64,000 bases of DNA from an uncultured Gemmatimonadales bacterium (GTDB taxonomy: Bacteria; Gemmatimonadota; Gemmatimonadetes; Gemmatimonadales; GWC2-71-9). Positions 60,679 through 64,000 of this stretch are shown one piece after another. Where the stretch lies: assembly GCA_963828735.1 (NCBI GenBank), contig CAWHFW010000005.1, forward strand, positions 864,001-928,000, written 5' to 3'. Within the stretch, counting starts at the first letter, position 1, and each line of letters opens with the position of its first letter. The notes beneath the pieces are model-generated. The model had not been told where the DNA came from, ran no database searches, and saw nothing but the letters and a program-made list of their open reading frames with translations. A program made the translations under genes and the position numbers.

Positions 60679-61928
60679 ACGCCCCCCTGGCCGCCGCTGA
60701 CGCGGCGCGCCGGATCCTCGACGACATCCACCGCCAGCCAGCACTCCGCGTCCCGCTCGACGACGCGCTCGACAGCGTGCTCGCCGAGGACGTCGTGAGC
60801 CCCATCGACATTCCCCCCTGGAACAACTCCGCCATGGACGGCTACGCGGTCCGCGGCGACGACCTCCGGGGCGCGACCGCGGAGCGGCCGGTCCGACTCC
60901 GCGTCGTTGAGCACGTCCCCGCCGGGTCGTTCCCGACATGCACCCTGGGGCCCGGCGAGAGCACGCGGATCTTCACCGGAGCCCCGATCCCGGCCGGCGC
61001 CGATACGGTCGTGCGGCAGGAGGACACCGATCAGGGCGCGGACGAGGTGGCGATCCTTCGCGGGCCGGAGGCGGGTGTCAACATCCGCCCCGCCGGCGAG
61101 GATATCCGGCGCGGCGCGACCGTGCTCACCGCCAACACGGCGCTCGGCGCGGCGCAGCTCGGCGTCCTCGCGTCGCTCGCGGTGGCGCAGCCGCTGGTCT
61201 ACCGGCGGCCGCGGGTCGCCATCCTTGGCAGCGGCGACGAGATCGTCGATGTCGACCACCCCGAGGAGATCCTGAGCGGCCGGAAGATCGGGAGCAGCAA
61301 CACGCATACACTCGTGGCACTGGTGCGAACCGCGGGCGGCAAGCCGGTCAACCTCGGCATCGCTCGCGACACCCCCGCGAGCCTGCGAGAACACCTTCAA
61401 CGAGCGCTCGACTGCGACCTGCTCGTCACGACGGCCGGCATCAGCGTGGGCGAGCACGACTACGTGCGATCGGTGCTGGATGAGCTCGGCGCCGAGCAGC
61501 GATTCTGGCGGATCCGGATGCGTCCGGGCGCGCCGGTCGGATTCGGGCAGGTGGGCGGCATTCCGTGGATTGGGCTGCCGGGCAATCCGGTGAGTACGAT
61601 GGTGACGTTCGAGCTGTTCGTCCGGCCGGCGATCCGCAAGATGAGCGGCCATCTGCTCCCGTTCCGGAGGAGCGTGCCGGTGCGGCTGACTCAGGCGGTG
61701 TCGCTCAAGCCGAGGCTTCAGCACTTCCTGCGCGGGGTGGTGACGTCCCGGGACGGTCGATCCGAGGCCCGGCTTACCGGTCCACAGGGCTCCGGCCTCC
61801 TCACTTCGATGGCGCTCGCCAACGCCCTCCTGATCATTCCCGAGGGCCAGCTCGAGACACCCGCCGGCACGCAGGTCGAGGCAATCATGCTCGACGACCC
61901 GTCTCACCAGACGGAACCGGGCTTCTAG
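60675..61928 (+). CDS. moeA: Molybdopterin molybdotransferase
   Basis: NSAMDGYA, RIFTGAPIP.GAD.VV.QE, SGDE, GLPGNPVS, GPQGSG. Confidence 0.96.
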   Translation: MNAPLAAADAARRILDDIHRQPALRVPLDDALDSVLAEDVVSPIDIPPWNNSAMDGYAVRGDDLRGATAERPVRLRVVEHVPAGSFPTCTLGPGESTRIFTGAPIPAGADTVVRQEDTDQGADEVAILRGPEAGVNIRPAGEDIRRGATVLTANTALGAAQLGVLASLAVAQPLVYRRPRVAILGSGDEIVDVDHPEEILSGRKIGSSNTHTLVALVRTAGGKPVNLGIARDTPASLREHLQRALDCDLLVTTAGISVGEHDYVRSVLDELGAEQRFWRIRMRPGAPVGFGQVGGIPWIGLPGNPVSTMVTFELFVRPAIRKMSGHLLPFRRSVPVRLTQAVSLKPRLQHFLRGVVTSRDGRSEARLTGPQGSGLLTSMALANALLIIPEGQLETPAGTQVEAIMLDDPSHQTEPGF

Positions 61929-62339
61929 CGCGCGGACCGTTGCGAGCGCGCCGACTGTGACGGCCCCGGGCACTTCCGCGCCTGCGATCTTCGTACCCTC
62001 GTGATGGCCGGTTCGGCCGAGCAGCCTCTGGCGCCTCAGCCGTCACCGCTGCGAGGCACACCAGCTTCAGCAACCTCCACTACCTCCTCCCCGCGCTGAC
62101 CGACCGCTCGTCCGCGCCCGGCGCCCGGGCGATATCCCGACCCGAGACCCGCGGACTCTCGCGCCCCTCGGAGCGACCCCTCGACGCCACGCCGACAACC
62201 TGCGCTGCACGAACGTGGTCGTGCGCCCAGGTGACTACCGGGTGACTCGAGAGTGACCGGGTGCCGTAGACTCGGCGCAGACGTGCGTACCGCTCAATGC
62301 GCTTACTCACACCCGGCGCGCGCCCGCCAGGGAGGAGCT

Positions 62340-62651
62340 ATGCAGGTTCGGATCTGCGATGGCGGACGGGAATCCGTCCTGCCGGCCTCGATGGAGGTAG
62401 TCGAGCAGGCCTTCGCGCTCAGCATGCCGTTGCGTATCGGCACGGAGATCACCGTGGCCCACGGAGGCCGTTGGCTCGCGGCGCTCGCGCTCGAACCGGG
62501 GGTCGTCCGGCAGGGTGAGGAGCCACTCCAATTCCTGCTGTCAGGCGGGAATGCCGGGACGGCCGTCGTCACCGGCCGCCTCGGACGGACGGAGGTGCTG
62601 CGGCGGTTTCGGCACTTCATCGAGGGAGGTCCGGAGAACCCGGCCGGGTGA
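62340..62651 (+). CDS. Hypothetical protein
   Basis: Strong RBS GGAGGAG immediately upstream; 103-aa ORF; candidate -10 TAGACT at 62267. Confidence 0.6.
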   Translation: MQVRICDGGRESVLPASMEVVEQAFALSMPLRIGTEITVAHGGRWLAALALEPGVVRQGEEPLQFLLSGGNAGTAVVTGRLGRTEVLRRFRHFIEGGPENPAG

Positions 62652-62672
62652 GGGCGTGTCGGAGCGGCGGCC

Positions 62673-64000
62673 CTACCGGACGTCGAGCTCCAACTGCCAG
62701 ATGTCGCTCTCGCGCTCGGCGGTGGTGAAGTAGACGCGCTTGCCGTCGGTCGCGAACTCCGGCCGCGAGGAGGGACGTGAGGGATCGTCGAAGCGGACGA
62801 GCAGCCGGGGCTCCCCACCGTTGGCGGACACGGCCCAGAGGCTGGTACGCCCCCCGGCATCCAGCGCCTTGTAGTAGATCGTCCGCCCATCGGGTGCCCA
62901 CTGCGCGAGGAGCGGTGCCGGCGCGACGGCCGGGTCGCGGGATGTCACCAACATGCGGGGAGGCCCTCCACTGGGCGCCACGAGCCAGAGCCCGTAGCTC
63001 CGCACGTACACGATGGACCGTCCGTCGGGAGACCATCGGGCATCCTGGCCGCCATCGGTCGTGATCTGTCGCGAGACGCCCCACCGCCCTCCACTGTCCC
63101 GCTCGACCGCGTATAGCTCGAACCGGCCCGTTCGGTCGGAGTGAAAAACGAGCTGCCGCCCATCCGGCGACCAATCGGGGAAGCGTTGGTTCCCCGAATC
63201 AGCGGTCACCGCGTCCCCCTGCCCCCCTTCGACGGACATGACGAAGAGCCGGCGGCGGCCCTGCCGGAACCCGTAGTAGGCCAGCTCCCGAGCATCGGGA
63301 GACCACGACGGCATGAAGTCGTCTCCGTCATCCTCGGTGAGAAGCTCCGGCTCCCCACCGGAGACCGGGATACGGTAGATGGCCTGGTGGCCGCTTCGAT
63401 CCGAGTCGAACGCGAGCGACCGTCCATCCGGCGAGAGCGCCATCCCTTCGATGGACTGGTGTCCGGTCGTCAGTGGCACGGCGGCCGCGGAGGATACGGG
63501 CCCCGCCGGTGGAACCGGCAGCGACCAGATGTTCGAGTAGTCCGAGAAGTCGGCGTAGATGACCCGCTTGCCATCTCGCGACAGGGCGATGCCGTGGAGC
63601 TCGAGTCCGGTGGTCAGTCGTTCCGGCGCGACGGCGGCCCTGCCCTCTCGCCCCACTTCCACGCGGTAGACGTCGCGGCTGCCATCGCGGTTGGAGATGA
63701 AGAGCAGGCTACGGCCGTCGGGCATCCACTGGGGAGAAGTGTTGAGGGAGGACGCATCGGTCACCGGGGTCGGCGTGCCGCCCGATGCGGCCACGATCCA
63801 GATCGAGCTGGGAGCGATGTTCCCGATGGCGTTCGGCGCGTAGACGAACGCGGCGTTTCCGGAGACGAACGCCAGCCGTGAATCGTCGGGCGACCAAGCG
63901 AACGAATGGGGCTGGTCCACGGTGGCGATCCTGGTCGGCGGTCCGCCGCCCGAGGCCCGCACATAGATGTCGCGACCCACCGCGTACGCGATGCGCCGCC
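62673..64000 (-). CDS. TolB-like PD40 beta-propeller protein, C-terminal part (5' end outside window)
   Basis: Many WSPDG/LSPDG..L.F.S.R.G repeats. Confidence 0.88.
   Translation of the reverse strand, partial: RRIAYAVGRDIYVRASGGGPPTRIATVDQPHSFAWSPDDSRLAFVSGNAAFVYAPNAIGNIAPSSIWIVAASGGTPTPVTDASSLNTSPQWMPDGRSLLFISNRDGSRDVYRVEVGREGRAAVAPERLTTGLELHGIALSRDGKRVIYADFSDYSNIWSLPVPPAGPVSSAAAVPLTTGHQSIEGMALSPDGRSLAFDSDRSGHQAIYRIPVSGGEPELLTEDDGDDFMPSWSPDARELAYYGFRQGRRRLFVMSVEGGQGDAVTADSGNQRFPDWSPDGRQLVFHSDRTGRFELYAVERDSGGRWGVSRQITTDGGQDARWSPDGRSIVYVRSYGLWLVAPSGGPPRMLVTSRDPAVAPAPLLAQWAPDGRTIYYKALDAGGRTSLWAVSANGGEPRLLVRFDDPSRPSSRPEFATDGKRVYFTTAERESDIWQLELDVR

Noticed and set aside
61885..62073. Minus-strand 62-aa ORF with GGAGG upstream
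   Set aside because: Low-complexity product overlapping the moeA end; no motif or promoter support
1..64000. CRISPR array, tRNA/rRNA, transposase, prophage or defence island
   Set aside because: No spaced direct repeats, cloverleaf/T-loop signatures or relevant protein motifs found by eye

Overview
High-GC (visually ~70%) bacterial chromosomal region, densely coding, with about 62 CDS and no rRNA, tRNA, CRISPR array or transposase that I can see. Gene repertoire (futalosine-type menaquinone genes, GspE-REC fusion, TolB-repeat protein, several small outer-membrane beta-barrels) suggests a diderm such as Gemmatimonadota; this is inference, not a database result. Content is mostly housekeeping: partial his operon (hisC-B-H-NUDIX-F) behind a GspE/PilB-receiver fusion, trpE, FHA-GAF adenylate cyclase, maf-dtd, a GT4/AlkP-like/flippase cassette, HD-GYP-glmM-glmS, metB-like, M48-purD, mutM plus a short UvrC-like nuclease, menG-ubiD-ubiA-ubiX, a SigW-like ECF operon, nifU-mrp-MATE-DUF62, nrnA, three amino-acid permeases around guaB, gpmI, a queD-like gene and mobA-mobB-moeA. 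Best second-look items: (1) two SigW-type promoters (TGAAAC-N16/17-CGTA) that link the ECF operon to a distant M48 protease; (2) an orphan secretion ATPase with a degenerate MshEN motif and an intact receiver domain; (3) a NUDIX gene at the hisA position; (4) an AlkP-family protein that has lost its catalytic residues; (5) small ORFs translationally coupled to ubiX and guaB; (6) pervasive leaderless-type promoters. Two single-base frameshifts may be assembly errors. Many start codons were re-assigned by eye from the ORF track.
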